From: Escherichia coli
GTDB lineage: Bacteria; Pseudomonadota; Gammaproteobacteria; Enterobacterales; Enterobacteriaceae
DNA length: 64,000 nucleotides
Assembly: GCF_030013205.1 (NCBI RefSeq)
Contig: NZ_CP122648.1
Strand: one strand, 5' to 3'
A program made the translations under genes and the position numbers. Below, one piece after another: positions 9,888-22,428 of this stretch (position 1 is the first letter of the stretch; the number at the start of each line of letters is the position of its first letter). The notes under the pieces are model-generated. The model was given only the letters and a program-made list of their open reading frames with translations, ran no database searches and was not told the DNA's origin.

Positions 9888-10094
9888 ACTTTTCTCCCCC
9901 TTTTGTATCTACCCGGTGAATGGCACCGGAAAAATGAATTTGTTTATCTGATGAAAATAGTACCGCCTTTTGTGTAATTTTACTACTCATCCGACCACTT
10001 ATTTTTGCTTATTGATGGTTTATTTACATTCATACCGTAATTAAGTTACACAAAGGTTAAATTAATACTAAACATTAGTTAAATCATGGCTTTT

Positions 10095-10125
10095 GCCATT
10101 TTTATACTTTTTTTACACCCCGCCC
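10095..10125 (+). promoter_or_regulatory. kdpFABC promoter region with T-rich KdpE-binding sequence
   Basis: cattttTATACTTTTTTTACACCccgcccg about 75-100 bp upstream of kdpF; matches my recollection of the KdpE site in K-12. Approximate coordinates. Confidence 0.4.
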
Positions 10126-10199
10126 GCAGATTTTTGCGAAATCTTTGCAGCCAGAATTCTACCCTTCCGGTATCACTTTTAGGCCACTGGAGGTGCACT

Positions 10200-10289
10200 G
10201 TGAGTGCAGGCGTGATAGCCGGCGTGTTGCTGGTGTTTTTATTACTGGGTTATCTGGTTTATGCCCTGATCAATGCGGAGGCGTTCTGA
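10200..10289 (+). CDS. kdpF: KdpF, small membrane subunit of the Kdp K+-ATPase (29 aa)
   Basis: In frame within track ORF 10086..10289: (V/M)[31 protein letters not shown] start; stop overlaps the kdpA ATG. Confidence 0.75.
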   Translation: MSAGVIAGVLLVFLLLGYLVYALINAEAF

Positions 10290-11962
10290 TGGCTGCGCAA
10301 GGGTTCTTACTGATCGCCACGTTTTTACTGGTGTTAATGGTGCTGGCACGTCCTTTAGGCAGCGGGCTGGCGCGGCTGATTAATGACATACCTCTTCCCG
10401 GTACAGCGGGTGTTGAACGCGTACTCTTTCGTTTACCTGGCGTCTCTGACAGTGAGATGAACTGGAAGCAGTATCTCTGTGCCATTCTCGGCCTGAACAT
10501 GCTGGGGCTGGCGGTGCTGTTTTTTATGTTGCTCGGTCAGCACTATCTGCCGCTCAATCCACAGCAGTTGCCAGGGCTGTCATGGGATCTGGCGCTGAAT
10601 ACCGCCGTCAGCTTTGTCACTAATACCAACTGGCAATCTTACAGCGGTGAAACCACGTTGAGCTATTTCAGCCAGATGGCTGGCTTAACGGTGCAAAACT
10701 TTCTTTCTGCCGCCAGCGGGATTGCGGTGATTTTTGCCCTCATACGTGCATTTACCCGCCAGAGCATGAGCACACTCGGGAATGCCTGGGTCGATCTGCT
10801 ACGCATCACGTTATGGGTGCTAGTCCCTGTGGCGTTGTTGATCGCATTGTTTTTTATTCAACAAGGTGCGCTGCAAAACTTTCTGCCCTATCAGGCGGTG
10901 AATACCGTTGAAGGAGCGAAACAGCTGTTACCCATGGGTCCGGTGGCTTCTCAGGAAGCTATCAAGATGCTCGGCACTAACGGTGGTGGCTTCTTTAATG
11001 CCAACTCGTCGCATCCGTTTGAAAACCCAACCGCACTGACCAACTTCGTGCAGATGCTGGCGATCTTTTTGATCCCAACAGCGCTGTGCTTTGCCTTTGG
11101 TGAAGTGGCAGGCGATCGCCGCCAGGGGCGCATGTTGCTGTGGGCGATGTCAGTGATTTTTGTCATCTGCACAGGCGTGGTGATGTGGGCAGAAGTTCAG
11201 GGTAATCCTCATCTGCTGGCGCTGGGTGCGGACAGCAGCATCAATATGGAAGGTAAAGAGAGCCGTTTCGGCGTGCTGGTCAGTAGCCTGTTTGCGGTCG
11301 TGACTACGGCGGCTTCCTGTGGCGCGGTGATTGCGATGCATGATTCGTTTACCGCTCTCGGTGGCATGGTGCCGATGTGGCTGATGCAAATTGGTGAAGT
11401 GGTATTCGGCGGTGTCGGTTCTGGTCTTTACGGCATGATGCTGTTTGTCCTGCTGGCGGTGTTTATTGCCGGGCTGATGATTGGTCGTACACCGGAATAT
11501 CTGGGTAAAAAAATCGACGTACGTGAGATGAAATTGACTGCACTGGCGATTCTGGTTACTCCAACACTGGTGCTGATGGGCGCGGCGCTGGCGATGATGA
11601 CCGACGCCGGACGTAGCGCCATGCTCAACCCTGGCCCGCATGGTTTTAGCGAAGTGCTGTACGCCGTGTCATCCGCCGCTAACAACAACGGCAGCGCCTT
11701 TGCCGGATTAAGCGCCAACTCCCCGTTCTGGAACTGTTTACTGGCGTTCTGCATGTTTGTCGGTCGCTTCGGGGTGATTATCCCGGTGATGGCAATTGCC
11801 GGTTCGCTGGTGAGTAAAAAGAGCCAACCCGCCAGCTCCGGCACGCTGCCAACGCACGGCCCGCTGTTTGTTGGCCTGTTAATCGGCACCGTATTGCTGG
11901 TTGGCGCACTGACCTTTATCCCTGCCCTGGCGCTTGGTCCGGTGGCGGAATATCTCTCCTGA
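10289..11962 (+). CDS. kdpA: KdpA, K+-transporting ATPase K+-binding subunit (557 aa)
   Basis: Track ORF frame; conserved start [19 protein letters not shown]; polytopic membrane protein; operon context. Confidence 0.97.
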   Translation: MAAQGFLLIATFLLVLMVLARPLGSGLARLINDIPLPGTAGVERVLFRLPGVSDSEMNWKQYLCAILGLNMLGLAVLFFMLLGQHYLPLNPQQLPGLSWDLALNTAVSFVTNTNWQSYSGETTLSYFSQMAGLTVQNFLSAASGIAVIFALIRAFTRQSMSTLGNAWVDLLRITLWVLVPVALLIALFFIQQGALQNFLPYQAVNTVEGAKQLLPMGPVASQEAIKMLGTNGGGFFNANSSHPFENPTALTNFVQMLAIFLIPTALCFAFGEVAGDRRQGRMLLWAMSVIFVICTGVVMWAEVQGNPHLLALGADSSINMEGKESRFGVLVSSLFAVVTTAASCGAVIAMHDSFTALGGMVPMWLMQIGEVVFGGVGSGLYGMMLFVLLAVFIAGLMIGRTPEYLGKKIDVREMKLTALAILVTPTLVLMGAALAMMTDAGRSAMLNPGPHGFSEVLYAVSSAANNNGSAFAGLSANSPFWNCLLAFCMFVGRFGVIIPVMAIAGSLVSKKSQPASSGTLPTHGPLFVGLLIGTVLLVGALTFIPALALGPVAEYLS

Positions 11963-11984
11963 TGATATTGAGTGAGCACTGAAT

Positions 11985-14033
11985 ATGAGTCGTAAACAAC
12001 TGGCGCTATTCGAACCAACACTTGTCGTTCAGGCGCTGAAAGAAGCGGTGAAAAAATTAAACCCGCAGGCGCAATGGCGCAATCCGGTGATGTTTATCGT
12101 CTGGATCGGCAGTCTGCTGACCACCTTTATTAGCATCGCAATGGCAAGCGGTGCGATGCCTGGCAATGTGCTGTTTAGCGCGGCAATCAGCGGCTGGCTG
12201 TGGGTCACCGTACTGTTCGCTAATTTCGCCGAGGCGCTGGCAGAAGGCCGCAGTAAAGCGCAGGCCAACAGTCTGAAAGGGGTGAAAAAAACTGCCTTTG
12301 CCCGCAAGCTGCGTGAGCCGAAATATGGCGCTGCGGCGGACAAAGTTCCCGCCGATCAACTGCGTAAAGGCGATATCGTACTGGTGGAAGCTGGCGATAT
12401 TATCCCCTGCGATGGTGAAGTCATTGAAGGGGGCGCATCGGTCGATGAAAGCGCCATCACCGGGGAATCGGCACCGGTGATCCGTGAATCCGGCGGCGAT
12501 TTTGCCTCCGTCACTGGCGGCACGCGTATTCTTTCTGACTGGCTGGTGATTGAGTGCAGCGTTAACCCCGGCGAGACATTTCTGGATCGGATGATCGCGA
12601 TGGTGGAAGGCGCGCAGCGACGCAAAACGCCGAACGAGATTGCCCTGACCATCCTGCTGATTGCCCTGACTATCGTCTTTTTACTGGCAACCGCCACGCT
12701 GTGGCCGTTTTCCGCGTGGGGCGGTAATGCAGTCAGCGTAACGGTACTGGTGGCGCTGCTGGTCTGTCTGATCCCAACGACCATTGGCGGTCTGTTGTCA
12801 GCGATCGGCGTCGCCGGGATGAGTCGGATGCTGGGCGCGAATGTGATTGCCACCAGCGGACGTGCAGTTGAAGCGGCGGGTGACGTTGACGTCCTGCTGC
12901 TGGATAAAACCGGCACAATCACGCTAGGTAACCGTCAGGCATCGGAGTTTATCCCTGCACAGGGCGTAGAGGAAAAAACGCTGGCCGACGCCGCACAACT
13001 GGCTTCGCTGGCTGATGAAACGCCGGAAGGTCGCAGTATTGTGATCCTCGCCAAGCAACGTTTTAACCTGCGCGAGCGCGATGTGCAGTCGCTCCATGCC
13101 ACCTTTGTACCGTTTACTGCGCAAAGCCGGATGAGCGGGATCAACATCGACAACCGCATGATCCGTAAAGGTTCTGTCGATGCCATTCGCCGCCATGTTG
13201 AGGCTAACGGTGGTCACTTCCCTGCCGATGTCGATCAAAAAGTCGATCAGGTTGCGCGTCAGGGGGCCACGCCGCTGGTGGTGGTGGAAGGTTCCCGTGT
13301 GCTTGGCGTTATTGCGCTGAAAGATATCGTCAAAGGCGGTATTAAAGAGCGCTTCGCCCAGCTGCGCAAAATGGGCATTAAAACGGTGATGATTACCGGC
13401 GATAACCGTCTGACTGCCGCCGCGATTGCTGCGGAAGCGGGCGTCGATGATTTCCTCGCCGAAGCGACACCGGAGGCCAAGCTGGCATTGATTCGTCAGT
13501 ATCAGGCAGAAGGCCGTTTAGTGGCGATGACCGGCGATGGCACCAACGATGCTCCGGCGCTGGCGCAGGCAGATGTCGCGGTGGCGATGAACTCCGGTAC
13601 TCAGGCGGCGAAAGAAGCGGGCAATATGGTGGATCTCGACTCTAACCCGACCAAGTTGATCGAGGTGGTACATATTGGCAAACAGATGCTGATGACCCGT
13701 GGCTCGCTGACCACCTTCAGCATTGCCAACGATGTAGCGAAATACTTCGCCATTATTCCGGCGGCGTTCGCGGCAACGTATCCGCAGTTAAATGCGCTGA
13801 ACATCATGCGCCTTCATTCGCCCGACTCCGCCATTCTCAGTGCGGTCATTTTCAACGCCTTGATTATCGTCTTTTTGATTCCTCTGGCGTTAAAAGGCGT
13901 GAGTTATAAACCGCTTACCGCTTCTGCCATGTTGCGCCGTAACTTATGGATTTACGGTCTGGGTGGGCTGCTGGTGCCGTTTATTGGTATCAAAGTCATT
14001 GATTTACTGCTGACCGTTTGCGGTCTGGTGTGA
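11985..14033 (+). CDS. kdpB: KdpB, P-type ATPase catalytic subunit (682 aa)
   Basis: Track ORF; P-type ATPase motifs DKTGT(I)T and [12 protein letters not shown] present. Confidence 0.97.
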   Translation: MSRKQLALFEPTLVVQALKEAVKKLNPQAQWRNPVMFIVWIGSLLTTFISIAMASGAMPGNVLFSAAISGWLWVTVLFANFAEALAEGRSKAQANSLKGVKKTAFARKLREPKYGAAADKVPADQLRKGDIVLVEAGDIIPCDGEVIEGGASVDESAITGESAPVIRESGGDFASVTGGTRILSDWLVIECSVNPGETFLDRMIAMVEGAQRRKTPNEIALTILLIALTIVFLLATATLWPFSAWGGNAVSVTVLVALLVCLIPTTIGGLLSAIGVAGMSRMLGANVIATSGRAVEAAGDVDVLLLDKTGTITLGNRQASEFIPAQGVEEKTLADAAQLASLADETPEGRSIVILAKQRFNLRERDVQSLHATFVPFTAQSRMSGINIDNRMIRKGSVDAIRRHVEANGGHFPADVDQKVDQVARQGATPLVVVEGSRVLGVIALKDIVKGGIKERFAQLRKMGIKTVMITGDNRLTAAAIAAEAGVDDFLAEATPEAKLALIRQYQAEGRLVAMTGDGTNDAPALAQADVAVAMNSGTQAAKEAGNMVDLDSNPTKLIEVVHIGKQMLMTRGSLTTFSIANDVAKYFAIIPAAFAATYPQLNALNIMRLHSPDSAILSAVIFNALIIVFLIPLALKGVSYKPLTASAMLRRNLWIYGLGGLLVPFIGIKVIDLLLTVCGLV

Positions 14034-14041
14034 GGTTTACC

Positions 14042-14614
14042 ATGCGTGGATTACGTCCGGCATTATCAACATTTATCTTTCTGTTATTGATCACTGGCGG
14101 CGTTTACCCGCTGCTGACCACCGTGCTGGGGCAATGGTGGTTTCCCTGGCAGGCCAACGGTTCGTTGATTCGTGAAGGTGATACGGTGCGCGGTTCGGTA
14201 TTAATCGGGCAGAATTTTACCGGCAACGGCTATTTTCATGGTCGCCCGTCGGCAACGGCAGAAATGCCCTATAATCCACAGGCTTCTGGCGGGAGCAATC
14301 TGGCGGTCAGTAACCCTGAGCTGGATAAACTAATAGCCGCACGCGTTGCTGCATTACGGGCCGCTAACCCGGATGTCAGTGCGAACGTTCCGGTTGAACT
14401 GGTGACGGCATCGGCAAGCGGACTGGACAATAACATCACCCCGCAAGCGGCAGCCTGGCAGATCCCACGCGTGGCGAAAGCGCGTAATCTCAGCGTTGAA
14501 CAGCTCACGCAGCTGATCGCAAAATACAGCCAACAACCGCTGGTGAAATATATCGGCCAGCCGGTCGTCAACATTGTCGAACTCAATCTGGCGCTGGATA
14601 AACTTGATGAATAA
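14042..14614 (+). CDS. kdpC: KdpC, Kdp ATPase subunit C (190 aa)
   Basis: Track ORF frame trimmed to the conserved start [25 protein letters not shown]. Confidence 0.93.
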   Translation: MRGLRPALSTFIFLLLITGGVYPLLTTVLGQWWFPWQANGSLIREGDTVRGSVLIGQNFTGNGYFHGRPSATAEMPYNPQASGGSNLAVSNPELDKLIAARVAALRAANPDVSANVPVELVTASASGLDNNITPQAAAWQIPRVAKARNLSVEQLTQLIAKYSQQPLVKYIGQPVVNIVELNLALDKLDE

Positions 14615-17291
14615 CGAACCCTTACGTCCCGACCCCGATCGTCTGCTGGAACAAACTGCCGCGCCGCATCGGGGGAAGCTGAAAGTTTTCTTCGGTGCCT
14701 GTGCGGGCGTCGGAAAGACCTGGGCGATGCTGGCAGAAGCCCAGCGACTGCGGGCGCAAGGGCTGGATATTGTGGTTGGCGTGGTTGAAACCCACGGGCG
14801 GAAAGATACCGCCGCAATACTGGAAGGGCTGGCTGTTCTGCCGCCCAAACGCCAGGCGTACCGTGGGCGGCATATCAGCGAATTTGATCTCGATGCCGCC
14901 CTCGCCCGCCGTCCGGCGCTGATCTTAATGGACGAACTGGCGCACAGTAATGCGCCAGGTTCTCGTCATCCTAAACGCTGGCAGGACATCGAAGAGCTGC
15001 TGGAAGCTGGCATTGATGTTTTCACAACCGTCAACGTTCAGCATCTGGAAAGTCTGAATGATGTGGTCAGCGGCGTCACCGGAATTCAGGTACGGGAAAC
15101 CGTGCCCGATCCTTTTTTCGATGCCGCCGACGACGTGGTGCTGGTGGACTTGCCCCCGGACGATCTGCGTCAACGGCTGAAAGAAGGTAAAGTCTATATT
15201 GCCGGGCAGGCGGAACGCGCCATTGAACATTTTTTTCGTAAAGGTAATCTGATCGCCCTGCGCGAACTGGCACTGCGCCGTACTGCCGATCGCGTTGATG
15301 AGCAAATGCGCGCCTGGCGGGGGCATCCTGGCGAAGAGAAAGTCTGGCACACGCGCGACGCGATCCTTTTATGCATCGGGCATAACACCGGCAGCGAAAA
15401 ACTGGTCCGCGCGGCGGCGCGGCTGGCGTCACGGCTGGGAAGCGTCTGGCACGCGGTGTATGTTGAAACCCCTGCCCTGCACCGCTTACCGGAGAAAAAA
15501 CGTCGGGCAATTCTCAGCGCCTTACGTCTGGCGCAGGAGCTGGGCGCAGAGACGGCAACACTTTCTGATCCAGCGGAAGAGAAAGCGGTAGTGCGTTATG
15601 CCCGTGAACATAATCTCGGCAAGATTATTCTCGGTCGCCCAGCCTCGCGCCGCTGGTGGCGTCGGGAAACGTTTGCTGACCGACTGGCGCGCATCGCCCC
15701 CGATCTCGATCAGGTGCTGGTCGCGCTTGATGAACCACCCGTCCGCACGATTAACAACGCGCCGGATAGCCGCTCTTTTAAAGACAAGTGGCGGGTACAG
15801 ATTCAGGGATGCGTGGTTGCCGCCGCGTTATGCGCCGTTATCACCTTAATTGCCATGCAGTGGCTGATGGCGTTTGATGCCGCCAACCTGGTGATGCTGT
15901 ATCTGCTTGGCGTGGTGGTGGTGGCGCTGTTTTATGGACGCTGGCCTTCGGTGGTTGCTACCGTCATTAATGTGGTGAGTTTCGATCTCTTTTTTATCGC
16001 CCCACGCGGCACGCTCGCCGTCTCTGATGTGCAATATCTGCTGACCTTCGCGGTGATGTTAACCGTCGGGCTGGTGATCGGGAACCTTACTGCGGGCGTG
16101 CGTTATCAGGCGCGGGTAGCCCGTTACCGCGAGCAACGCACACGGCACTTATATGAAATGTCGAAAGCACTGGCGGTGGGCCGCAGTCCGCAGGACATCG
16201 CCGCCACCAGCGAACAATTTATTGCCTCCACGTTTCATGCCCGCAGTCAGGTGCTGTTACCCGATGACAACGGTAAATTGCAGCCGTTAACACATCCGCA
16301 AGGAATGACGCCGTGGGACGATGCCATCGCGCAGTGGAGTTTTGATAAAGGCCTGCCTGCGGGCGCGGGCACCGACACGTTACCCGGTGTACCGTACCAG
16401 ATTTTGCCGCTAAAAAGCGGCGAGAAAACCTACGGGCTGGTGGTGGTGGAACCGGGGAATCTGCGCCAGTTGATGATCCCGGAACAGCAACGCCTGCTGG
16501 AGACGTTTACGCTGTTAGTCGCCAATGCCCTTGAGCGGCTGACACTGACCGCCAGCGAAGAACAGGCGCGGATGGCAAGCGAACGAGAACAGATCCGCAA
16601 CGCCCTGCTGGCGGCGCTTTCGCATGATTTACGCACGCCGCTTACGGTGCTGTTCGGTCAGGCAGAAATCTTAACGCTCGATCTGGCGAGCGAAGGATCG
16701 CCCCACGCCCGCCAGGCCAGCGAGATTCGTCAGCATGTGCTGAACACGACCCGACTGGTGAATAATCTACTGGATATGGCGCGAATTCAGTCCGGCGGCT
16801 TTAATTTGAAGAAAGAGTGGTTAACGCTGGAAGAAGTGGTCGGCAGCGCGCTGCAAATGCTGGAACCGGGTTTATCGTCGCCCATCAATCTTTCTCTGCC
16901 AGAACCGCTGACCTTAATCCACGTTGACGGGCCACTCTTTGAACGGGTGCTGATTAATCTGCTGGAGAACGCGGTGAAATACGCGGGTGCGCAGGCCGAA
17001 ATTGGTATCGATGCCCACGTTGAGGGCGAAAATCTACAACTGGATGTCTGGGATAATGGCCCCGGTCTTCCGCCAGGCCAGGAGCAGACGATATTTGATA
17101 AGTTTGCTCGCGGGAATAAAGAGTCGGCGGTACCGGGTGTAGGGCTTGGGCTGGCAATTTGTCGGGCGATTGTGGATGTACACGGCGGCACCATTACCGC
17201 GTTCAACCGACCGGAAGGTGGTGCCTGTTTTCGTGTTACACTTCCCCAGCAAACTGCCCCTGAACTTGAAGAATTTCATGAGGATATGTGA
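14607..17291 (+). CDS. kdpD: KdpD, sensor histidine kinase (894 aa)
   Basis: Track ORF frame trimmed to [16 protein letters not shown]; Walker-like GACAGVGKT in the N-terminal domain, transmembrane segment cluster, HisKA (LSHDLRTPL) and ATPase domains. Confidence 0.96.
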   Translation: MNNEPLRPDPDRLLEQTAAPHRGKLKVFFGACAGVGKTWAMLAEAQRLRAQGLDIVVGVVETHGRKDTAAILEGLAVLPPKRQAYRGRHISEFDLDAALARRPALILMDELAHSNAPGSRHPKRWQDIEELLEAGIDVFTTVNVQHLESLNDVVSGVTGIQVRETVPDPFFDAADDVVLVDLPPDDLRQRLKEGKVYIAGQAERAIEHFFRKGNLIALRELALRRTADRVDEQMRAWRGHPGEEKVWHTRDAILLCIGHNTGSEKLVRAAARLASRLGSVWHAVYVETPALHRLPEKKRRAILSALRLAQELGAETATLSDPAEEKAVVRYAREHNLGKIILGRPASRRWWRRETFADRLARIAPDLDQVLVALDEPPVRTINNAPDSRSFKDKWRVQIQGCVVAAALCAVITLIAMQWLMAFDAANLVMLYLLGVVVVALFYGRWPSVVATVINVVSFDLFFIAPRGTLAVSDVQYLLTFAVMLTVGLVIGNLTAGVRYQARVARYREQRTRHLYEMSKALAVGRSPQDIAATSEQFIASTFHARSQVLLPDDNGKLQPLTHPQGMTPWDDAIAQWSFDKGLPAGAGTDTLPGVPYQILPLKSGEKTYGLVVVEPGNLRQLMIPEQQRLLETFTLLVANALERLTLTASEEQARMASEREQIRNALLAALSHDLRTPLTVLFGQAEILTLDLASEGSPHARQASEIRQHVLNTTRLVNNLLDMARIQSGGFNLKKEWLTLEEVVGSALQMLEPGLSSPINLSLPEPLTLIHVDGPLFERVLINLLENAVKYAGAQAEIGIDAHVEGENLQLDVWDNGPGLPPGQEQTIFDKFARGNKESAVPGVGLGLAICRAIVDVHGGTITAFNRPEGGACFRVTLPQQTAPELEEFHEDM

Positions 17292-17965
17292 CAAACGTTC
17301 TGATTGTTGAAGATGAACAGGCTATTCGTCGCTTTCTGCGCACGGCGCTGGAGGGCGATGGGATGCGCGTCTTTGAGGCCGAAACGCTGCAACGCGGCTT
17401 GCTGGAAGCGGCTACCCGTAAGCCAGATTTGATTATTCTCGATCTCGGCCTGCCCGATGGTGATGGGATTGAGTTTATCCGCGACCTGCGCCAGTGGAGC
17501 GCAGTGCCGGTGATTGTGCTTTCCGCACGTAGCGAAGAGAGCGACAAAATCGCCGCGCTGGATGCCGGAGCGGATGATTATCTGAGTAAGCCGTTTGGCA
17601 TTGGCGAATTGCAGGCCCGTCTGCGCGTCGCATTACGCCGCCACTCTGCCACCACCACGCCCGATCCGCTGGTGAAATTTTCCAATGTTACCGTCGATTT
17701 AGCGGCTCGAGTGATCCATCGCGGTGAGGAAGAGGTGCATCTCACCCCGATTGAGTTCCGCCTGCTGGCGGTGTTGCTTAATAATGCGGGAAAAGTGCTC
17801 ACCCAGCGCCAGCTCCTTAACCAGGTGTGGGGGCCAAACGCGGTCGAACACAGTCATTATTTGCGTATTTATATGGGGCATCTGCGACAAAAACTGGAGC
17901 AAGATCCCGCCCGCCCCCGCCACTTCATTACTGAAACCGGTATTGGGTATCGGTTTATGCTTTAG
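17288..17965 (+). CDS. kdpE: KdpE, OmpR-family response regulator (225 aa)
   Basis: Track [20 protein letters not shown]...; 4-nt overlap with kdpD (atgtga). Confidence 0.97.
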   Translation: MTNVLIVEDEQAIRRFLRTALEGDGMRVFEAETLQRGLLEAATRKPDLIILDLGLPDGDGIEFIRDLRQWSAVPVIVLSARSEESDKIAALDAGADDYLSKPFGIGELQARLRVALRRHSATTTPDPLVKFSNVTVDLAARVIHRGEEEVHLTPIEFRLLAVLLNNAGKVLTQRQLLNQVWGPNAVEHSHYLRIYMGHLRQKLEQDPARPRHFITETGIGYRFML

Positions 17966-17974
17966 GCGGTTAAA

Positions 17975-18078
17975 TGCTGGATCCGGCATGAACGCCTTAT
18001 CCGGCCTACAAAATCTTGTAAATTCAATATATTGCACCATCCTCGCAGGCCTGATAAGCGTAGCGCATCAGGCAGTCA
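17975..18078. repeat. REP/BIME palindromic units in the kdpE-pgm intergenic region
   Basis: Two REP-like imperfect palindromes (ccggcatgaacgccttatccggcctac and gcctgataagcgtagcgcatcaggc). Confidence 0.6.
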
Positions 18079-18084
18079 TAAGTA

Positions 18085-18115
18085 AAAAAGGGCGATCTTC
18101 CGACCGCCCTTTTTC
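18085..18115. terminator. Bidirectional rho-independent terminator between convergent kdpE and pgm
   Basis: Hairpin gggcgatcttccgaccgccc flanked by A-run upstream and T-run downstream. Confidence 0.6.
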
Positions 18116-18128
18116 TTATTTAATGTGT

Positions 18129-19769
18129 TTACGCGTTTTTCAGAACTTCGCTAACAATCTCGACCGCTTCTTTCTCGATCTGCTTGCGATGCTCTTCACC
18201 GAGGAAGCTTTCGCAATAAATCTTGTACGCGTCTTCCGTGCCTGACGGACGCGCGGCGAACCAGCCGTTGTCAGTCATCACTTTCAGACCGCCGATAGAA
18301 GCACCGTTGCCAGGCGCAGCGGTCAGGCGCGCGGTGATCGGGTCACCTGCCAGGGTGCTGGCGCTCACCATTTCCGGAGACAGTTTAGACAGCGCCGCTT
18401 TTTGTGCGGAAGTCGCGGCTGCCTGCAAACGGTTGTAGCTCGGCGCACCAAAGCGTTTTGCCAGTTCGTTGTAGTGTTCCTGCGGGTTCTTACCGGTGAC
18501 CGCGGTGATTTCTGCCGCCAGCAGACACATAATGATACCGTCTTTATCGGTTGACCACGGCGTGCCGTCGAAACGCAGGAAGGAAGCCCCTGCGCTCTCT
18601 TCGCCGCCAAAGCCGAAGCTGCCGTCGAACAGACCATCAACAAACCATTTGAAACCTACCGGGACTTCTACCAGCTTACGGCCCAAGTCATTGACCACAC
18701 GGTCGATCATCGCAGATGAAACCAGCGTTTTACCGACAGCAACATCTTTGCCCCACTGCGGACGGTGCTGGAACAGGTAGTTGATCGCCACCGCCAGGTA
18801 GTGGTTCGGATTCATCAAACCTGCCGGAGTGACGATACCGTGACGGTCATAATCCGGGTCGTTAGCAAACGCCAGATCGAACTTATCACGCAGTGCCAGC
18901 AGACCCGCCATCGCACACTCGGAGGAGCAGTCCATACGGATCGCACCGTCTTTATCGAGGTGCATAAAGCGGAAGGTTTGATCGACCTGATCGTTAACGA
19001 TGGTCAGGTTGAGATTGTAATACTCGCCAATGCGCTTCCAGTATTCGATACCGGAACCACCCAGCGGATCAACGCCCAGCGTCAGGCCCGCTTTCTGAAT
19101 CGCCGCCATATCAACGATATCGGCCAGACCTTCCACAAACGGCTGCACCAGATCCTGCTCTTTCACATGACCGGATGCCATCGCTTCGTCGAGGGAGATA
19201 CGCTTCACGCCTTTCAGGCCATCAGCCATCAGTGCGTTGGCCCTGTCTTCCACCACTTTAGTGACGTTGGTATCAGCCGGGCCACCATTTGGCGGATTGT
19301 ACTTGATACCACCATCTTCCGGCGGGTTATGAGACGGTGTAATCACGATACCGTCTGCCAGCGGGCCACCTTTTTTATTGTGAACCAGGATGGCATTGGA
19401 AACGGCAGGCGTCGGGGTGAAGCCATTGTTTTCCTGCACAATGACATCAACGCCATTCGCTGCCAGCACTTCCAGTACGGAAATGAACGCAGGCTCGGAC
19501 AGGGCGTGAGTATCTTTACCCACATAGCAAGGGCCAGTGATGCCGTTTTTCGCACGTTCTTCAGCAATTGCCTGAGCGATCGCCAGAATGTGCGGCTCGT
19601 TAAAGCTGTGGCGCGCTGCACTGCCACGGTGACCGGAAGTACCGAATTTCACCGCGTGCTCCGCATTCCCTGCTTCTGGTTTCAGTACATAATATTGCGC
19701 CGTCAGTTGGGCGACGTTAATCAAATCACTCTGTTGTGCAGGTTGGCCTGCACGATTGTGGATTGCCAT
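18129..19769 (-). CDS. pgm: Phosphoglucomutase (546 aa)
   Basis: Track ORF frame trimmed to conserved start [16 protein letters not shown]; phosphohexomutase motifs ([20 protein letters not shown]). Confidence 0.96.
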   Translation of the reverse strand: MAIHNRAGQPAQQSDLINVAQLTAQYYVLKPEAGNAEHAVKFGTSGHRGSAARHSFNEPHILAIAQAIAEERAKNGITGPCYVGKDTHALSEPAFISVLEVLAANGVDVIVQENNGFTPTPAVSNAILVHNKKGGPLADGIVITPSHNPPEDGGIKYNPPNGGPADTNVTKVVEDRANALMADGLKGVKRISLDEAMASGHVKEQDLVQPFVEGLADIVDMAAIQKAGLTLGVDPLGGSGIEYWKRIGEYYNLNLTIVNDQVDQTFRFMHLDKDGAIRMDCSSECAMAGLLALRDKFDLAFANDPDYDRHGIVTPAGLMNPNHYLAVAINYLFQHRPQWGKDVAVGKTLVSSAMIDRVVNDLGRKLVEVPVGFKWFVDGLFDGSFGFGGEESAGASFLRFDGTPWSTDKDGIIMCLLAAEITAVTGKNPQEHYNELAKRFGAPSYNRLQAAATSAQKAALSKLSPEMVSASTLAGDPITARLTAAPGNGASIGGLKVMTDNGWFAARPSGTEDAYKIYCESFLGEEHRKQIEKEAVEIVSEVLKNA

Positions 19770-19794
19770 TGCTTTGTCCTTTGTCTGCAACGTT

Positions 19795-20340
19795 TTAGAT
19801 AGTTCCGCAAACCTTCTCAATCAATTCCGCCGGGAATTGCATCGACTGCATGATGTGTTCGATCATGCTGCATTTACGGCCGGTGTTGGTATTGGTGATC
19901 ACCCAATATGGCGTGCCTGGCACATGTTTCGGCTTGGTCTGATTACCATTTTTCAGCAGCGTTTGTTCATCTGCCGCAAAGTAAACGCGTGTACGACCGT
20001 GCAACGATTCCGTTGCTTCGGCAAACGCCTGGGCGTCAAGAGAATATAGTGTAGACAACAGCAGCATAAAGCGATTGACCGCTCGCTTTTGCTCTGCGTA
20101 TTCATCCGAAAGCAGAAGTTCACGCATTGCGCGAACCTTGTCTTTAATCGTTTTGACCGGCTTCGCTTCGACGATAGCAGGTGACGCAACGCGAACCTCT
20201 TTCGTCACCGGAGCAGCAGGCTGTGATGCGGCGGAAAATTTCAACATACGCCGTAAAATGTCGGATGCGCTCTCGCCGATATGCTTAGTGTGGCTGGCAA
20301 TATAGCTGTAGAGTTCATCATCAACTTCAATCGTTTTCAT
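19795..20340 (-). CDS. seqA: SeqA, negative modulator of replication initiation (181 aa)
   Basis: Track ORF frame trimmed to [33 protein letters not shown]. Confidence 0.95.
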
Positions 20341-20524
20341 CTTAATCCAGTGCAGTGTCTTAGCTGAATACAAGTCGCCAGGAGTATATGAATAAATCCC
20401 GGCAGCGGATAGCGTCAAGCCTGGCTTGCAGAAAAACTCGGAATAAACCTTATTTGTTGCAGCCCTGTGGCACAATGGTCAACATAATACCCTAACCCGA
20501 CAACGCGAAAAAAAGAACTTTGCC

Positions 20525-21289
20525 ATGAAATTGAATATCCGCGCGCAAACTGCACAAAACCAGCACAATAATTCTCCCATCGTTCTTGTCCACGGTCTGT
20601 TTGGCAGCCTCGACAACCTTGGCGTACTGGCTCGCGATCTGGTAAACGATCACAATATCATCCAGGTTGATATGCGTAACCACGGTCTTTCACCGAGAGA
20701 TCCGGTGATGAATTACCCGGCGATGGCGCAGGATCTTGTTGATACTCTGGATGCACAGCAGATCGACAAAGCAACATTTATCGGTCACTCCATGGGCGGT
20801 AAAGCGGTAATGGCACTTACTGCACTGGCCCCCGATCGCATCGATAAATTGGTGGCGATTGACATCGCGCCGGTCGACTATCACGTACGCCGTCATGATG
20901 AGATTTTCGCGGCTATCAACGCCGTAAGTGAATCGGACGCACAAACTCGCCAGCAAGCAGCAGCAATAATGCGCCAGCATCTTAATGAAGAAGGGGTGAT
21001 TCAGTTTCTGTTGAAATCTTTTGTTGACGGTGAGTGGCGCTTTAACGTGCCGGTATTGTGGGAACAGTATCCACATATTGTGGGTTGGGAGAAAATCCCG
21101 GCATGGGATCTCCCTGCCCTGTTTATCCCAGGCGGCAACTCTCCGTATGTTAGCGAGCAGTATCGTGATGATTTACTGGCGCAATTTCCACAGGCGCGGG
21201 CACATGTGATTGCTGGCGCGGGTCACTGGGTCCATGCTGAAAAACCGGATGCGGTATTACGCGCTATCCGTCGCTATCTCAATGATTAA
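20525..21289 (+). CDS. ybfF: YbfF esterase, alpha/beta hydrolase (254 aa)
   Basis: Track ORF; GHSMGG nucleophile elbow; synteny with seqA/ybfE. Confidence 0.93.
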   Translation: MKLNIRAQTAQNQHNNSPIVLVHGLFGSLDNLGVLARDLVNDHNIIQVDMRNHGLSPRDPVMNYPAMAQDLVDTLDAQQIDKATFIGHSMGGKAVMALTALAPDRIDKLVAIDIAPVDYHVRRHDEIFAAINAVSESDAQTRQQAAAIMRQHLNEEGVIQFLLKSFVDGEWRFNVPVLWEQYPHIVGWEKIPAWDLPALFIPGGNSPYVSEQYRDDLLAQFPQARAHVIAGAGHWVHAEKPDAVLRAIRRYLND

Positions 21290-21428
21290 CGCAACTGATT
21301 AAAAACCCAGCGTCCGCGTCGCTTTCCGCGCGTGGGCGTTGGCGTGACTCATCGCGCTGATGTATTATGGCGCGCTATCCATCCGGGCAGAGGCCTGGCT
21401 GATTGTTTCCCCCGAAGTCACCAAGATC

Positions 21429-21722
21429 ATGGCCAAAGAACAAACGGACCGTACGACATTAGATCTGTTCGCGCACGAGCGTCGACCGGGACGACCGAAA
21501 ACTAATCCGCTTTCGCGCGATGAACAGCTGCGTATTAATAAACGCAACCAGCTAAAACGCGACAAAGTACGTGGCCTTAAGCGTGTCGAACTGAAGCTGA
21601 ACGCGGAAGCTGTCGAGGCACTGAACGAGCTGGCAGAATCGCGCAATATGAGCCGTAGCGAACTGATCGAAGAGATGTTAATGCAGCAACTGGCGGCGCT
21701 GCGTAGTCAGGGCATCGTTTAA
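21429..21722 (+). CDS. ybfE: YbfE, small DNA-damage-inducible protein (97 aa)
   Basis: Track ORF frame trimmed to [28 protein letters not shown]; synteny. Confidence 0.85.
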   Translation: MAKEQTDRTTLDLFAHERRPGRPKTNPLSRDEQLRINKRNQLKRDKVRGLKRVELKLNAEAVEALNELAESRNMSRSELIEEMLMQQLAALRSQGIV

Positions 21723-21861
21723 ATTTCCACTTTCATGTAGCACAGTGTGCAGTCCTGCTCGTTTGCTGATTCCGCAAGACTGCCTGTTCTGCTATGATTG
21801 CCTTTATCCGTGGGCAATTTTCCACCCCCATTTCAATAAGTTTCAAGAGGTTATTTCACTC

Positions 21862-22392
21862 ATGGCTATCACTGGCATCTTTTTCGGCAGCGACACCGGT
21901 AATACCGAAAATATCGCAAAAATGATTCAAAAACAGCTTGGTAAAGACGTTGCCGATGTCCATGACATTGCAAAAAGCAGCAAAGAAGATCTGGAAGCAT
22001 ATGACATTCTGCTGCTGGGCATCCCAACCTGGTATTACGGCGAAGCGCAGTGTGACTGGGATGACTTCTTTCCGACTCTCGAAGAGATTGATTTCAATGG
22101 CAAACTGGTTGCGCTGTTTGGTTGTGGTGACCAGGAAGATTACGCTGAATACTTCTGTGACGCATTGGGCACCATCCGCGACATCATTGAACCGCGCGGT
22201 GCAACCATTGTTGGTCACTGGCCAACTGCGGGCTATCATTTCGAAGCATCAAAAGGTCTGGCAGATGACGACCACTTTGTCGGTCTGGCTATCGACGAAG
22301 ACCGTCAGCCGGAACTGACCGCTGAACGTGTAGAAAAATGGGTTAAACAGATTTCTGAAGAGTTGCATCTCGACGAAATTCTCAATGCCTGA
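21862..22392 (+). CDS. fldA: Flavodoxin 1 (176 aa)
   Basis: Track ORF frame trimmed to [20 protein letters not shown]; flavodoxin FMN-binding signature. Confidence 0.96.
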
Positions 22393-22395
22393 TGT

Positions 22396-22428
22396 GATGC
22401 GGCGTAGACTCATGTCTACGCCGTATTA
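22396..22428 (+). terminator. Hairpin downstream of fldA (possible terminator or attenuator)
   Basis: Perfect 9-bp stem ggcgtagac/gtctacgcc just after the fldA stop; weak T-tract, so efficiency uncertain. Confidence 0.4.

Noticed and set aside
18765-19802. 345-aa plus-strand ORF
   Set aside because: Entirely antisense to pgm, which is unambiguous on the minus strand; no recognisable motifs.
19770-19820. Longer N-terminal extensions in track ORFs for pgm, seqA, fldA, ybfE, asnB, gltI, rihA, leuS, kdpC, kdpD, cobC and ubiF
   Set aside because: The track takes the first in-frame ATG/GTG/TTG; I trimmed each to the internal start matching the conserved protein N-terminus and expected length.
21290-21428. 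Searched for a LexA box (CTGT-N8-ACAG) upstream of ybfE
   Set aside because: No convincing match found by eye, so no regulatory feature is reported.
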